This document shows, piece by piece, positions 12,253 to 26,763 of a stretch of 64,000 nt of DNA. Numbering within the stretch: the first letter of the stretch is position 1; the number at the start of each line of letters is the position of its first letter. Origin of the DNA: Lepidodermella squamata (lineage: Eukaryota; Animalia; Gastrotricha); NCBI GenBank assembly GCA_047495785.1, contig JBLDXI010000058.1, forward strand, positions 1-64,000. The letters run 5' to 3'. The notes beneath the pieces were generated by a model. That model was not told the origin of the DNA, ran no database searches, and saw only the letters and a list, made by a program, of their open reading frames with translations. The position numbers were made by a program, and so were the translations under genes.

Positions 12253-12303
12253 GGGTCAAAGTCCACAGCGTTCAGTCCGACTGAACGCTGTGGACTTTGA
12301 CCC
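12253..12303. repeat. Perfect palindrome, 25-bp arms with a 1-nt centre
   Basis: GGGTCAAAGTCCACAGCGTTCAGTC-C-GACTGAACGCTGTGGACTTTGACCC. Confidence 0.97.
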
Positions 12304-15300
12304 GCACACGTCCGTTATACAGCAAGCTAAATTTGCGAGCAAGCAATCAAAATAAGACGATAATTATCGTTATCATTACCTATTACAATTGTGACATGCG
12401 TAGGGGCAGCGAAGAGCAAGCGAAAAGATGAAAATAGGAGCTATTTTACAGCAGATGTACTTCGCCATTTCATGAATGACGAGCAGGCGAAAAATAACAG
12501 CGGCAAGAGACAGCAGGTGAAAAGAGCATAACAATAGAGCGAAGAATGAGCAATAATTGGCACATGCTCTGGCAAAAAATAGTTCAACACAAGAATTGCC
12601 ACTGACCTCGCCGCAACTACCTAAGCAGTTCTTCTGCCAACTATTAAAAATTATTACAACAACTATTACAACAGGAAGAAAGCAAACAATCAGATTAATT
12701 TTTTCATCGGTGGATTTCCTTTCCAACTTTGATCGTATCATAGTGCGAAGATGCGAGCTGTATTAAATTTCAGAGAAAGCCATCATTTCTTCAAATCATC
12801 AGACTACAAAAATATAGTCTGAAAAAAATATAAATACAGCCACAAAATCACTGCCTTAATCTGTTCATTGCGTTCAGCAACAGTCGTCAAGAGGACGCCA
12901 CTTCACGCCCCTGCAACAAATCCACCTCATATTCACGTCATTTAGGGCAGGAATGATCATACTCAGAAAACGCGCGATAAATTAATTCAAAACTAAACGG
13001 GTTGTATGAACGGGACTAGTGATAGAAATGAGGTGAGAAAAACGCAAATCAACAGTATCGCAACTATCAGCCTGAATCAGTGGCGAGATTAGCAGCGCTG
13101 GTTGGCAACTGTAATAAATCTGCTTGGAAAATTGCTTCGATCAGCGAACAGTATTCAGCCGAAAACAAACGATCTTCCCTTGCAGGCTGAAACGGCATCA
13201 GCAAGACGAATAACAGTGCCACATTTGCAATAGCACGCAAGATTCCGACCAGCGCCGCGAATTCCTGAACAAGCGTTTGATATGCCGGATCGGCAACCAA
13301 TGTTCTTCGCACGTCTGTGGTGCGCAGGTGCCAATTGAATAACACCATCTAGGCGCCCAGAATTGCGAGGCAGAATGAAATTGCTGAAAGTAAAATGGCT
13401 CCAGAACGCCACAGATTCAATAAAAATGTCGTTTCCTTCCAGTCGCTCATGACTATCCAGCGTTCATTGGCGTCATCAGGAGAATATGCATCGCTCTCGA
13501 ATTCGGCATGCCATTGGGGGCGAATTCCTTCAACGTTTTGCATTCGCCTATAGAATGATAACCAACTGAAATTTTTTATTTGTTAACCACAGACATTAGA
13601 AGGGCTCGGTTCCAGGCATTCGAAAATTCGAAAAATCAGCATTCGAAAAAAACAGCCCCCTGTCGGCAATTGACGACGAGTAGAGATTGTTAGATTTCCT
13701 TTTCATTGTGATTTTTCTATGTGGTCCTTTTACTTCGGCAACAATTTTTCCAGACATCGCCGATAGTAAGGCACAAGCGTCCGCAACCCAGCGATGTCGT
13801 TCAGTCAGACTGAGCTTTCCTGGGACAAATCGGACGTACGCAGTGTTTTCAATCCGGAATCGCAACAACATCAGCCATTGCTAAAATTGCTGAACAGCGC
13901 CTCTGCCGTTTCATGCAGTCTATCATGTTTAGTTAATTTAAAATTTCTCTAAATCTGAAAACAATGAAAGAGTAATTCGATATCGATGAAATCACCACAA
14001 TAAATGGCGTGGTGCAAGGACATGTTCGGATAGCATACTTGGCAATAAATTGTTATAGAAACAGCACGTTACTTTCATTCATGAAAAAGAAAAAGGAAGA
14101 AAGCAATAAAATAACGCAGACGTCGGTTGCGCGTAATAAAACTTGGCTGCGATTGTGGGTCAGACAGTGCGACTGAACGATGTTGACTTTGCCCCCTATT
14201 GCAATCATTGCAGGTTGGTTATTGTTGCGGAATAGGTGAAAATTCACCAGATCAACGAGTTGCAACAGCTCTTCCTCGTCTTTTGGGCAGCCATTTGAAT
14301 TTACGAATTACCTAATTGTTTACAAAAACACGACACGAGCGCAGCAGCAACTAATTAAAAGACGATGTTAGAAAGGATAGTAAAATGTCTACTTGCGACA
14401 AGCGCAGGCGGCATAGGAGCAGAAAGACAGCGATAAGACGAATAAACGCTTTAAGAAGTTAATTCTGACCGATCAAGCAGCCTGAAATTATGTGCGCAAC
14501 AAACAACACAAAATGAAAACAAGAATGTAGCTGAACGAATGTGACTGATAGCGCCGTAATAATGGGTAAAATTGAAGAAAAAACAAAGCCGGCTGTGCTG
14601 CTGGGTGTAGGAATCGTATCACTGGCCTGACGAGCCAGAGACTAATCTGTGCTCTCAGCAGGGTTCATGTCTTCAAGAGGTACAATTTCTATACGCCGAC
14701 GTCGCGATGAGGATTGCGCACCGCTGGACTCCATCACTGGCTGTTCGAAATTTGAACCCGGCCCGGCCGATTCGCTGTTCCTAGGCGATTCCGAGCTACT
14801 TCGTTGTCATTTCAACAGCATTTCAACAGCACAGCGGGGCCGATCGTACAATTTAACAAGGTTTCGACCGCCTGGTTCTTTCAACGGCCGGCGCCGCGGC
14901 CTCTGCCTCCAACTGTTCGACAACGGAAGGAGGGTTAATTCTAACTGAAGGCTGGCTGTGTAGACCGACTAGGCGCGATGTGGATTGGGTACATCTTCTT
15001 CAATTGATTCAATCTTCAACGATGAGCACACCAGCACTGATTTTGCTGAGCTTTTTGCTGCAGACTGAGCAATTCTGTTTCGCATTCCCAACACAACGGC
15101 GAGTATAGACGGCTGCCTGCTGCTAAAATCATGCCAGGGATGTGATGATAATCACAATGCAACAATCTTGTGACCTCACACCGCGTTTCAAGTTAGATGG
15201 AACATTGGGAATAAGACAGTTGACGAATCAAATCGCCCAATGTAGCGGTGGCGATTAGGAACGAGGCGGGTTTTGCAAAGCGCCGGTTTTATTCCAAAAT

Positions 15301-15429
15301 ATTTTCGCCACGCAGGATTCTGCAGATATCGAAAAGTGAATAAAATGTCGAATAGGCATATACAAGACTCGTTCAGTCTCACCCATTTTGCCACCGCTAT
15401 TAGGGCAAACACGTGTTTGTGCTGCTGGT

Positions 15430-18400
15430 TCGGCGTTGCTGGAGGCGATGGCGAAAGCGCACCAGGCGCCGTTTGATCACATTTTCGACGCGCGACGGAT
15501 CGCCAGTGTCGGCGACGCCGATAACGGTCTTGGCCTTGAAGTATCAATGACGATCCGTGGCCCGTTGTCGAGTTTAGAGCGAAATAGGTCAATGCGCTCA
15601 ACGCGGGCGTAGTCGCCGGGGGCGAAAGAGCGCTGCTTTGCACGCGCGTTGTTGATGCGGCAGCGGCGTTCATGGGTGGCATCGAGGTCGTCAAAACGTT
15701 TCGAGCGGATCTCCGTCTAAAGGGTAACTACTGTTATTGACAGGTCCAGCAATACCAGCGCGAGAACCGGCCATGAATTGCAGCGCCTTTTCGAACACGG
15801 ACTCGTGCTAGACGCATGCCGGTGGCACTATGCGGTTTGATAGGCGCGCATCACCTGATACACTGATGCCCTAAGCGGCCAGTTTCAGCAACAACGGCGA
15901 ATGCCGGCGCTGGTCCGATGGGCCCGTTCGAGTACCGAGTTACCCCGGGCGGAAAAGGCACGCAGCCAGGCGCCGTCGATATTCGTGCACCGGTCAGAGA
16001 GCAACTCATCGGGCGTATTAAACTCGCAATAAATGCACCCCAGCACGTCAATCATGGACGATTTGGTTGATCAAAGCCGAACGGCAAACGCGAGCTCAGC
16101 AAAGACGTTGATTGTCGCACCGGCCTTTTTGAATCGACCCGTGCTCTCCTTTGCACTTCTCATTATACGATTTCTCAAATTGCAGAAGACCGCGGCTGCT
16201 CCCAAGGAGCCTGCCTCTCGCCACGCCCGGTTTTGCACGAGCCGGTTCTTGCTCTTGTTCCGCCTGCTCGCGATGCTGCACAAACCAGACGAGCCGGTAG
16301 AACTGTCACTGGTCGAGGTGGCGCGCGGCGCCAGGCACTTCACGCAGGAGCGCAGATTTCGCCAGTCGCCCAGCCGCTCAGCAACAACCGGTTTAGCAGC
16401 TTACTGCTTAACAGTACATCACTCCAATTAACGCTGATGCCCGGCCACAGCCCGCCTCGGTTCCGCGCGGTCCCCGTACCCCACTTTGTTCGGCTGTAAT
16501 CAGCCCACAGTTTATTGCACAACCGCAACAAAATGCACCACCAGCACCTCTGAACCGGCCACATTAATTCGGTAAACCAGTGCCACCTTATCCGCCCCAA
16601 GGACCCAGGGGCCCAACTGTAGGGGGCCCAGCGTTTCGACCTCCTGCCTCCGCCAGCTGCGGTTCCTCCCCGCTGTTGGATACCCATCGCCTCAGCGCGA
16701 GAAGCTGATGCACATAGCCGCCGTTTTCGATGTGCAGGCCTGGTCTCTTGTGCTCTCAGATGTTGTATCCATCCAAACCCAGGCTTTCAAGCTCAACGTT
16801 TGCCAAGCGCCTTCGCAGCGTTGTAGATGCGGCTGCGGATCTGGGCGCTCCTTTTGGAGAGAAGCCGACACGCGCCGATTATTGTCGGAATTACGCGCGG
16901 GCTCACCGCCGCCTCGCTTTCTGCGCGCAAATTGAATTTTATGCCATCTAGGCATTTCTTCTGTTTCGCGGGAGATTGCTGTCCCGTCCGCGTCGACCAC
17001 AGCGATCAAACGTTCGAACCACAGCTCGTCGCCATTGTCCGGGAAACAACCGCCCGCGAAACGGCGGTTACACAGCCGTGTCAACTGATCGCATTTCTTA
17101 AATCGATTCAATGTAATTATGTACCGCTTGACACCGCACGTCGAGCCGGGTTGCTTTCCGAGGCGTAAACGCCGTCGGTAGCGTTGTTAAGCTGGTCGTT
17201 ATCGCCCACCTGAGCGTGTAACTCGCAACTCTGCTCGTCTCCCCAGCATCGTTCAGCTGCTGTCTTGCCTCACCTTTGATCACTTCTCTTGCAGGGCTGC
17301 GAAGCATCGACCCGTTGTAATGTCAGGAACGTCGAGGAACAGCGAATTGCGACCGATGACTCGCCCGCCATGCAGTCACATGACAATTCGGATGAGAGCG
17401 CATACGACAAGGTGTCGTTCGATGTCGCCGAAGATGCTGCCGCCTTCGAAGTGATGGCTGTCAAGGTCGTGTCCAAGGTCGAGGTGAACCTCGTGGGGTG
17501 CAAGCTGGGGGCTAAGAACAACTCGTCTCCTTCGAGTTCACCTTTGATCTCTGACAAGCCCGCATTTGTGCCCTATCGATATTACAGCCTATTGCATGCT
17601 CGCGCCGAGCTAACGAACAAGTGTTGCCGCCTTGTAGAAGCCGTTCTCATGCACGAATCGCCACAGTCTTGACGCCGCTGTCTGAACCTAGTCGCGAAGG
17701 AACAGCCGCCAAATGCGCCGCCCACGCGCAGGGTCGCAGATCCTTGCCTTCTCAAATTCCGAAGCCGATCATATTCGAGCTGCCGCTGTACGAGATTGAT
17801 ATCGAGTGGCTGGGCAAGGAAGACCTCGACGTCTCGCCCACCGCTAACGACAGCGTGCAATAAGGGCATTATTTCGAGAAAGGTCGACCTAGCCTGACGA
17901 TGCTACATATCGTATTCGCGCCGCTCACGCACCGTGGGTTGGATTGCACCGTGGATTGCACGATCACCTTCAACGGCTGACGGGAGCTGAAGTGCTCACG
18001 GGCCCAACTCGTTCGCCTGCAGCTCGATGCCATGGGCAGCCATCATGGCACTCAGAGCGGCAAAATCGGGTGAGAGCGGCCGACGACGACGCTGAATGAC
18101 CTGGACCGGTCGAAGCGAAAACACTGCCTAGCTGGTGAAAGGCGACATGAGGTTGATCGGTGAGTGCCTCGACATAGCCGGCCTGGTCGCAACGGCAGGT
18201 CGGCGGAAAGGCGACTCCGGCCCCAGCAGCCGATGTGGATGCGTCCGAAAGTGCGCCAGCACCGGAAGCGGTGGCATAGGATAAGCCCTGTCGCGTTGCT
18301 GCGTCCCGGCTGCTCCGGTTGTGTTAGGCACGGGCCTCAGCCTCATTTACGAGGCGGATTCGTCCCTGGGCAGCGCGAAGCTCAAAACTCGCTGCCGCAT

Positions 18401-19559
18401 CGAACGCGGCGCTTGGCGACCTGGATAGGATATTATCGATATTCATGACCAGTCAGCGCACCGCACACCAATGGCGCACAGACCACTTCGGCGACGATAC
18501 GGTCAGCGCCTTGCGTTTGACACAGGACGCCGATAAGATTACATTGAGTAACTTCAGCTAAATCCTGCCAACCCTCGATCAGGTCTTCACGGGTGCGGCG
18601 CCCTCGAACACTTTCGATGCCAGCGACTGAGCCACCTAAATTACGCTGATTGGCTATAGGGCAGGATGGCCAAAAACGAGTCGCATCACGCGCCGGGCGT
18701 TTTCACCTCGTTGTCAACATCAATGGCGATATCATCCCGCCCTCGCGTTACGATTGCGATCGCTAAATTTGCGCCAGGCGTATGGTATCCAACATTGACT
18801 CGGTTGGCCCGCTCGCACCATCGTCGAAGAACAACCGCTGGTCGAAGAAACCGTCATTGAGCTTTCACACCCAATATTGTCTTGCCAGCAGCAACACAAT
18901 TGTCAACCACTAGTTGCCACTAATTTCAGTCCATGCCTCGAACACGACAGCTATGATGGCTATGATATCATGGTGGCGGGTAGATACTGAGATAAATGAT
19001 TCAAGTGACCCCCAGGTAGACGACCGGCGCTGACGATGAAAGAAGCTGATGCTACGAGGATGGCGGTGTTAAATGTACGGTTTTTTTTACGATCGAAAGC
19101 CGAACCACCAGATAAAGCAGTAAAGCAGAGCGAAGCGATCATGAACAAACGGAACCAATCAGTTCGGGATTAGAGGATAGCGAAAACATGATTAATGGTA
19201 ATTGGATCGGCGCTGCCGCCGGTCCTGTCGCAGCAGACTGGTAGCAGGTTAGGGATATCACCTGGGAGAAGCAATGGACCTCATCACCGGCCTCGTCGCT
19301 GATAGCTCAGGTAGCACCCGGAGTCCTGATCGTCGCCGCCAAATAATACTATCAAACTCATTCAGGTCAAATTTCACGCGGCCAGTTGCTACTTCGATGT
19401 TCTGACGATTGCTATCGTCTCGCCTTTACAACCTGCTTCGTCATCAACGTCAGCCATCGTGCTGTCTTGGTCATCGCTATGTTCTTGCTTCTCCTCCCCA
19501 TCCTCTTCATCATCGCTGCCATCTTCGATTAGAACCATCTGGGGGTTAGACGGCGACAT
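15430..19559 (-). mobile_element. Heavily decayed Ty3/Gypsy-type element (gag - protease - integrase)
   Basis: Frameshifted minus-strand translations: acidic N-terminus MSPSNPQMVLIEDGSDDEED (19559); two degenerate zinc knuckles (LCRGTHRSTSC; CFR..PGHSASS, ~18100-18200); protease-like PLLHAVVSGGRDVEVFL..DINLV (~17800); integrase LVYR..VLVV..WPG, EFNTPDELLSDR..GNSVLERAHRT, and GPY/F-like RSFAPGDYARV..SKLDNGPRIV. Confidence 0.7.
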
Positions 19560-21563
19560 TGACAAGCGGCTAACACGTCGCAGAGTGATTGCCAGTTAAC
19601 AGTCGTTTGAAGCGTGTTCCGTCGATGGCTGGTCAGCCGGATGCAATCGAGTCAGGGCCGAGTGACTAGGTGGGCACATTTGGCACCACCAGCCGTACCT
19701 GGCGACTGAATCAACACCAGAGTCAAGATTACCACCAGGCTGAGGGTGCTGGTTCGAATTAGCTGATTTTCTCGCATAGATCGGCACAGAGTTTAGATTA
19801 TCGCGCTATGCATGGTGGTAGTTCATCAGTCAGATCTGTTCTGTAGGGCGGAACGAGCAGCGCTTCACCTATCTTCTTGCCAAAAATTGATGCATTTACT
19901 AATGACAGGTACAATGAAGAACAATGCGGCTTCAGAGGCCAAGCGATGTCACACGAGCTAAAAGTAGTAACACCCGATGGCTATTGAAATTGGCTATTGG
20001 CATTGATCAACATTCGGACACAAAATTCAACGAGATTGAATTTCTCGGTAATCGCGAAGTCGGCTTTGACTGTCGTTAACTGTCGACGAACCATCGGATG
20101 CAGAATACAACAGCTTGCCAGTCTGAGCAGCGATTCCGATCCGATCCAATCCGACTATCGTCCGTCACCTGAAAATAACACTCAACATTTCAAATTCTGC
20201 AGTCAAATGAAAAATAAAACCAGATTCCAATTAAAAATAAGTTTCAGATAGAGCTAATAAATCAATCAGGAGTCAAGCATGCTTACATCGATCATCATCG
20301 AATTCCTCAAAACAAAGTATTGCAATATAATTTTACTAACCTCGCGAATTTTTCACAAATTGACCGCGTAATAGCGGCGATCGCCAGCGTGAGGCAGACC
20401 ACCAATAATTCAAAAACAGACGAATGGCTAGCTGGCAGCTTTTACAGGCGGCCTCGGCTTTCAGCTGTTGAATAATCGATTCATTTCGGTCGTCTTCCAA
20501 CCGATTTAGGTACCGTTGCCACCGATGTGGTTTTTCGACAACTTTCGAAGAAAATGAGCGCAGGTACGCGGATTCGATGGGTTGCTGCTTCGAGGTCTTG
20601 TTAGGACCAGCTAGGATGGCAGCCAAGCGATGCGCAAAAGATCTCGCTGAACAGCAATCGATGAAGACCATGATGCCGTTCAAAGCAGTGATTCCCAGTG
20701 GCGCCGAGACGCATGGTGCTTTTCGCCAACTAGCGTTGTTGGCAGGTTAGAATCATCAATTAGTTGACATTTGCGCTCAAGAACACCGAGCTACTCCGCT
20801 GTGATGCACTCGAGATCAACGATGCAGCTTTATGAACAATCAATTGATTGCTCTCAGCCAGAATTAACAAATCTGAATTCAATTAAAAACAGCGCATTTT
20901 TAAACCATATCAACTAAGATTAGGCGATTCTCACCAAATAAATCAAGATTTTCGTCAAGTAAACATTGAAATGTTATATTGGCAGGTTCGATAGGACTTT
21001 GCTCCCGAGCCAAGTCGCCGACTTGTCATGACCTTCTCCGTTAAATTAAAAAATTAGAGGCCACTATCTGATGACAGCGGCCGTGTTGCTGGCAGTTTGC
21101 GGTGCCACAGCTCGAGCCAGTTAGACGAATGCACTCAGCAGCGACCCATGTTATTGGTATTGAAGCGGCGCCAGCAGCAGTTGGCGGATCGGGATGAGTC
21201 AAACAGTAGTCAGTAGATTGGTTAGCCGAATTAGTGCGAACAGTCACTGTAGTGCAGACAGCCATCGATGCAGCCACCGTTCGGTGTCCTGTACGCCGCC
21301 AATTTACCCCTGAAAAATATATCGAAGAATAAGTCATTGATCAAAACCTCGGTAAGCCAGAGAATACGAGCATCAGATACAATTGATTCGTGTGCTCACG
21401 GTTAGGAGTTCCAATAGTTCAAATTAGGAAAAGAAAGTTGTGTGAAGATCAAAAGAAGGGCGCGCCGGGTGCGCGGCCGGAAAATTAGGGTCCTGGGCTG
21501 CGGATGCCTCTTCGCATTTTCTATCTATTCGCCTTTTAACACGTTATCAGCACGATAAGCAAG

Positions 21564-21657
21564 ATGCCGAGCAACAGCAACATCATAGTCCTAGATGAAG
21601 ATTCGAATTATGACGACTGGGCCTTCCAGATGGAGGGCTACCTTCGGCGGAAGCAGT
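21564..21657 (+). pseudogene. Ty1/Copia gag N-terminal fragment
   Basis: MPSNSNIIVLDEDSNYDDWAFQMEGYLRRKQ matches the Copia gag L..xNY..W...M...L motif. Confidence 0.6.
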
Positions 21658-24600
21658 CGGTTGTTGAAGGATTAGAGGAAACCTTCAACAATCAATACTT
21701 TATAACCTCCTTTTGATAATAAAATTTGCCGTTTTTATCCCGACTCTAGGTGATTTAACAATGAAAACTCGATCGGAAATAGGCATGGTTACGCCGCCAC
21801 CGCTAAGGCTAGGCTTTCATTGTAGCCTTATTATTGTACGCTTTGTCCAAGCTAGCGAGCCGAGGACGGCGTTGAAATTTGCGTCAACATTCATCGTTGC
21901 TATCTTTCTGCTTAATTTCCTAACTAAATATTTCCTACCGACAGGCAGTCAAAAAACCCGCAGATGTTTCATTCCAACCAGGAAATATGTTTCACTGTTG
22001 ACTAACCGACCTGTCCTAAAGTAATCCCCTGTCCTAATAGTCGTATAAGGCCGGCTTCATCATGCGCCGCCTTGGACTAAGCACGGACTCAGCTAACATC
22101 GAGTGGGACGAGTGAGTCGCCCAATGCAACCGCGGCGGTATTGTTCATCCGCATTTCCATGACGTCAAGAGTGTTTTGACCGCAATCAGCCACCCTGAAA
22201 ACGCGGGTCATATTCTCGACGACAATTTTCAAGATCAAATTGTCGCGTACCTGCCGCATTTCGATGAAACACGAGTTCGAGGTGAGTTCGAGGTGTGTAG
22301 TAGATTTAAATGTTCGTTTCGTCGCATACCGTCCGTTACAACCGAGACCACAAAGCGATCGACACGTTGCCGCCGCGAATGCGGCTTTACAACTCGACTG
22401 GCAGTTAAGGTTCATCGTCTTACTCGTCTACGCGTTCAGGGCAGCTGCGTGACAAGAAGCAGCAGGTGGCTATGAGTTGCTTTGGCTGGCTCTTTTCCGA
22501 ACCGCAAACCTTACAACAGTGTAATTTTGTCTAACATGTTGTCATTTCAAGAGTTTAAGTAAACTATTTTGGAGGAGTAATTTTCATCGAAATTTATATC
22601 AGACGTTAAGTAAAATCCTGAAATTTATTATAATAAAAATGTTCGGGAATTACAGGAGTTCTCCTCTGCACAATCTAGGGTAAATTTTTTGGATATAATG
22701 AGTGCTGATTGCCTCGTTTTCTTTGATGCATAATCGCGTGTCGAGTCCATAGTGTATTAGTCTCAAGATTTTTAGAGCCAATGAACTAATGTATCCCTCT
22801 GGCTAGTTTCTAAACGAAAGTAAAACGTCATCTCATACGAGCGCAAAATTGTGGCAAAATTGCGCAGTTCTTTTGATTGTCTCTATAAAGCTAGTAAATG
22901 AATCAAATAATAAAGAAACTTACAGATAGAAAGACGTGGGAAACCGACAACATGGCACATAATAACGACGAGGTAAGGAGAATCTGACGATCTGGCAGTT
23001 CTTTGATTGAATATGTACAGGGTTGTTGAAGCAGAGAAAAAGCGACAGAGCTACGAAAGAGTTCGCATCGAAGTCAGCTTTAGCATTGCCATTATTCATC
23101 GCTTTGCGCCCTGTTCGCCTCCCCACACATTAAACGCATTTGTTGAGAAAGTTTTCGCTAATAGGATACCCCAGCTCCTAATCCAACAGCAAACCCGCCT
23201 TGGTTACCAGCATGCCGTTGCGCGACAGGCCGAACATTCGCTTAAAAACAGTGGCTATTCAGCCAAAGCATGAAATGCGCCCAAGCCCAACGGTAGATGC
23301 AAAGACGTAAGCAAAGACAGGAATGACTTGGCGCCATCTCAATCGGCGAAGGCATCGAGAACAGTGAGAATCGGTCGCATTCTAGCTCAACATCGTTCCA
23401 GCCATCTCATCTAAAAACATGTATCGAAATTTAGCATTAACCCAGACTATTGACAATGGTCATGAATTTAAAAGCTAAACAGAGAATTTATGTAGCAATG
23501 CCTTATTCCGCAAAAATACTTCAAAAAATAGAATCAAAGCGAAGATCAATGCATTGCGATGCATTCTAAGGTAATATCTGTCGATGGCTCACCGTATCAT
23601 AATAAAGTTCTGCGACAGGTGGTTTTCGTTGCTAAGAGCTGCGGCGTCATTAGCACTCGGAGTATGTAAGTTTGACTCTGCCACTGGCTAGACTGGCTAG
23701 AGTTGGTGTTGTAGTCATCGCTGACCCCGACGACGGTTAGAGGATGTAAAATGACGCCCGCTTTATCGTCATCGACACTGCTCCATCTATCGGTCTAGCA
23801 ATTCTTATGCACGACCTTCATCGAGAGAGAGAGACGATAGTAACATTCAGCACATGACGAAATAAGCCGTTGGTATAGGAAGAAAATCGATCTGATTGTA
23901 GACGAACCTCCAATTAATTGCCGCATTAGGAGAGTAAGGAGAGTAAGAGTAAATAGTCAGATATGCGACAAGCACATGACCAAGCAAACCAGGGCACGGT
24001 GAAACAAGATTACACGTGTAGTTGATCCGACGTGCGGCTGGCAGAGCGACTGCGCCTACAACGAATAGATTAGGCGACTGACTGACGAATTGCGTTCCAG
24101 TGGATTGATTAGTTTCCAAGAAGAAGTTTCCAAGCCAAATAAAATGTACGATACGCGAGTTTGATACGTGATGGATCGCTTGAAGTGAACATAGACCCTA
24201 CAACCATCTACCGTGACGGCACTGATGCATGCCAATCAGTCTTTTGGCTGAAACAGCTTGAATTTCACCCAGTTTTGGCGAAAATAGCACTTGGAAGTAT
24301 GCCGAGGATGGTGAATCGCGACTAGATGAATCCGAATATTACCGGCTTTTTAGCGTTGCGTTACGTTTCATTCATCGGGTTCTTCACAACCAAGAAGTTT
24401 CAGCCGTGTCTCGGTGCATTCATGCGCTCAAATGAGGTATTGCATCACAGGTTTTATTAGGCCCAGCAGCCATCCCATTCAGCAGGTTAATTCGACTTGC
24501 GGAAATATTTCACACGTGTTAGGCTGCAGCTTAGCTGAAGCGAGCTGATGGCTGCTTAATAACAATTCTGCCCGATATTTCCTTCACTCGCTGATAGTTG

Positions 24601-26319
24601 ATGAAATATAGACGGACGACCACAGCAAGTTGAAATTGGGTTTCCATTGATTTCAACAGATCCTCCTGTTTACGGATGTTCGGCTCATTTGTCGGATTGA
24701 TCAATGTAGACGAGTCTTGTTAAGTAATCTCGGCATTCTTGCCAGTTTACGATCCCGTTCCACTTAGCAGATTATACCAATGCCCGCCCGTAAAACAACT
24801 GAACAACTGGATCTAGGCGCCGTAGCAGATTGCAAACGATGACCGCGCGAAGAGAAGCCAATGCATCAACGGTTTCGGTGATTCACAGGCATAAAGGGCA
24901 CGAGCAGCGCTGCATAAACCGCGTTCCACTGGCAGATAGAAACAAAAAGATGAGATGATGAAAGGGAACTAGTCAGCTTATTTCAATCGCATAGCGACGT
25001 TCAAATTCAAGCTAGTATTCTACGATGCATGCCTCTTTATGCGATGGTAATTTTTGCTGGAATTTCGAAGCTCTTCACTCCTCACACTGACTAGCGCTCT
25101 TAATTACAATAACTTAGTCCAAAGTCAGCCGATCATAAGCTGACTTGCGTAAAAGTTTTACATCAAAACGTCCGACTATTAGTTCATGTCAAGAAATATT
25201 GCCCACTGTACAGAGAGTGTGGCTCAACACGTGCACCCTCGGCTTGAAAATTACTTACTCTGAAGAAGAAGACGCCCAAGTCTGAGTCGAACGGCTGGGT
25301 GCTCTCGCTTTCGTCCCGCCCAACGAGGTTCCGGGTGTCATCAAAGCGATACCGTCCTGCAGACTATTGTTGCCAAACACCCGCGGATGGCCGAACTTTA
25401 CCAGTATTTCGAGCGTAACTGGATCAGCATTGGGCGTCATCCTTTGCAGATTTGCGTGTGAAAAGTGGAACATGGCAAAGCGGGATGAGAGCCGACAGCT
25501 ACCTCGGGGACTGCACGGCACCTGCAATTTAGCTATCAATGCGAAGAATTATCCGCACCTCTGGCGGCTCATCGAAAGCTTTATCGCTTTATCAAGGAGC
25601 AAAATCCTAATGGAGGAGCGGGTAGCCGATTTTCGATGGGACAGCCAAAGTTCGCTCTCTGTTGTTCGGTAGTAAATAGGCTCCACGCCTATAGCGAGGA
25701 TCGGTAACTAAAAATAGAAAATAGAAGACAGAAAATACAGAGTATGTAAAGGCAAGTTTCAGGTTGACCCTGATAGCAATTTGCAGAGCGTTGGTATTAT
25801 TCAAATATAGCCAAAGACAAAAACCAACACCTTATACTCGCAACATGAGACCAACCAGTCTTTATAACCAGCTCTACCCAAAATACCAATACTCTAACAC
25901 CAGAAATTCCAGGGAAATTTTAAGAAATGGGGGTATGAAAAAACGAATGAAAAAATACTCATTCGACATCGTGTAGTGATTTCTACTGAAAAATCAGTTC
26001 ACGTATTAATTAGACAGATTAATATGGGGACAAATTGAATTTTCACAGTTTATGCATATGCAAATGAGACAGCAACATGATCCTCTTGAGAAAATCCCAT
26101 ATTAGGGTTTCTAAGCATGATATTAATCCAACGATTTCGAGGTTTACCAGCAGATTTTTTGTTGGAAAAAAGCGTGCGTTGTCATAATATTTCTTGTTTT
26201 TAATAAAAAGATGAAACGCACAACATGTGCTGTTTTATGATAATATTGCTACTGTTGTCGGTCAAAAGATGTAAACAAGCGACCGTTTTTCCAATAAAAC
26301 AAGACCGTTGGAAAAAAAT

Positions 26320-26760
26320 TGGAAAAAAGCTGTAGTGGAAATGATACCTAAGGACGGTAAAGATGGGAGGACTGCGAAAGGGTACCGACCAATTTCTCTA
26401 CTCAGTTCAATCGGGAAAATAATGGAGCGCCAAGTGGCAAGGCGAGCAGTCCTAGAATAACTCCGGGAGCGAAAGATCCTTCCGCCAACTCAATCGGCAT
26501 TCCAAAACAGGCACTCGGTCGAAGACCATCCCTTCCGTATCGCACAAATGGCTGCTCTAGGCATGATTGAAGGCGAAGAAATATTTGTGAGCGCCATATA
26601 CATCGAGGGCGCGTTCGATAGAATTTGGCAAAGAGCTGTGCTATACAAAATGATAAATTTCAACTTCCCCGACATCGCGACGGCCTGGGTTGCGGATTTC
26701 TTGAGCGACCGTGAATACACATGCAGGATCGGAGCTGACCACAGCTCGGTCAGGATAACC
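26320..26760 (+). mobile_element. Jockey-like LINE reverse transcriptase fragment
   Basis: WKKAVVEMIPKDGKD..KGYRPISLLSSIGKIMER..QSAFQNRHSVEDH..IEGAFDRIW; paralogous to 30145-31560. Confidence 0.88.
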
Positions 26761-26763
26761 GAG

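Noticed and set aside
15188-19787. GC-rich ORF-dense block as a possible endogenous DNA virus or horizontally acquired bacterial DNA
   Set aside because: Frameshift-tolerant reading gives gag knuckle, protease and integrase/GPY-F motifs of a Gypsy-type retroelement.
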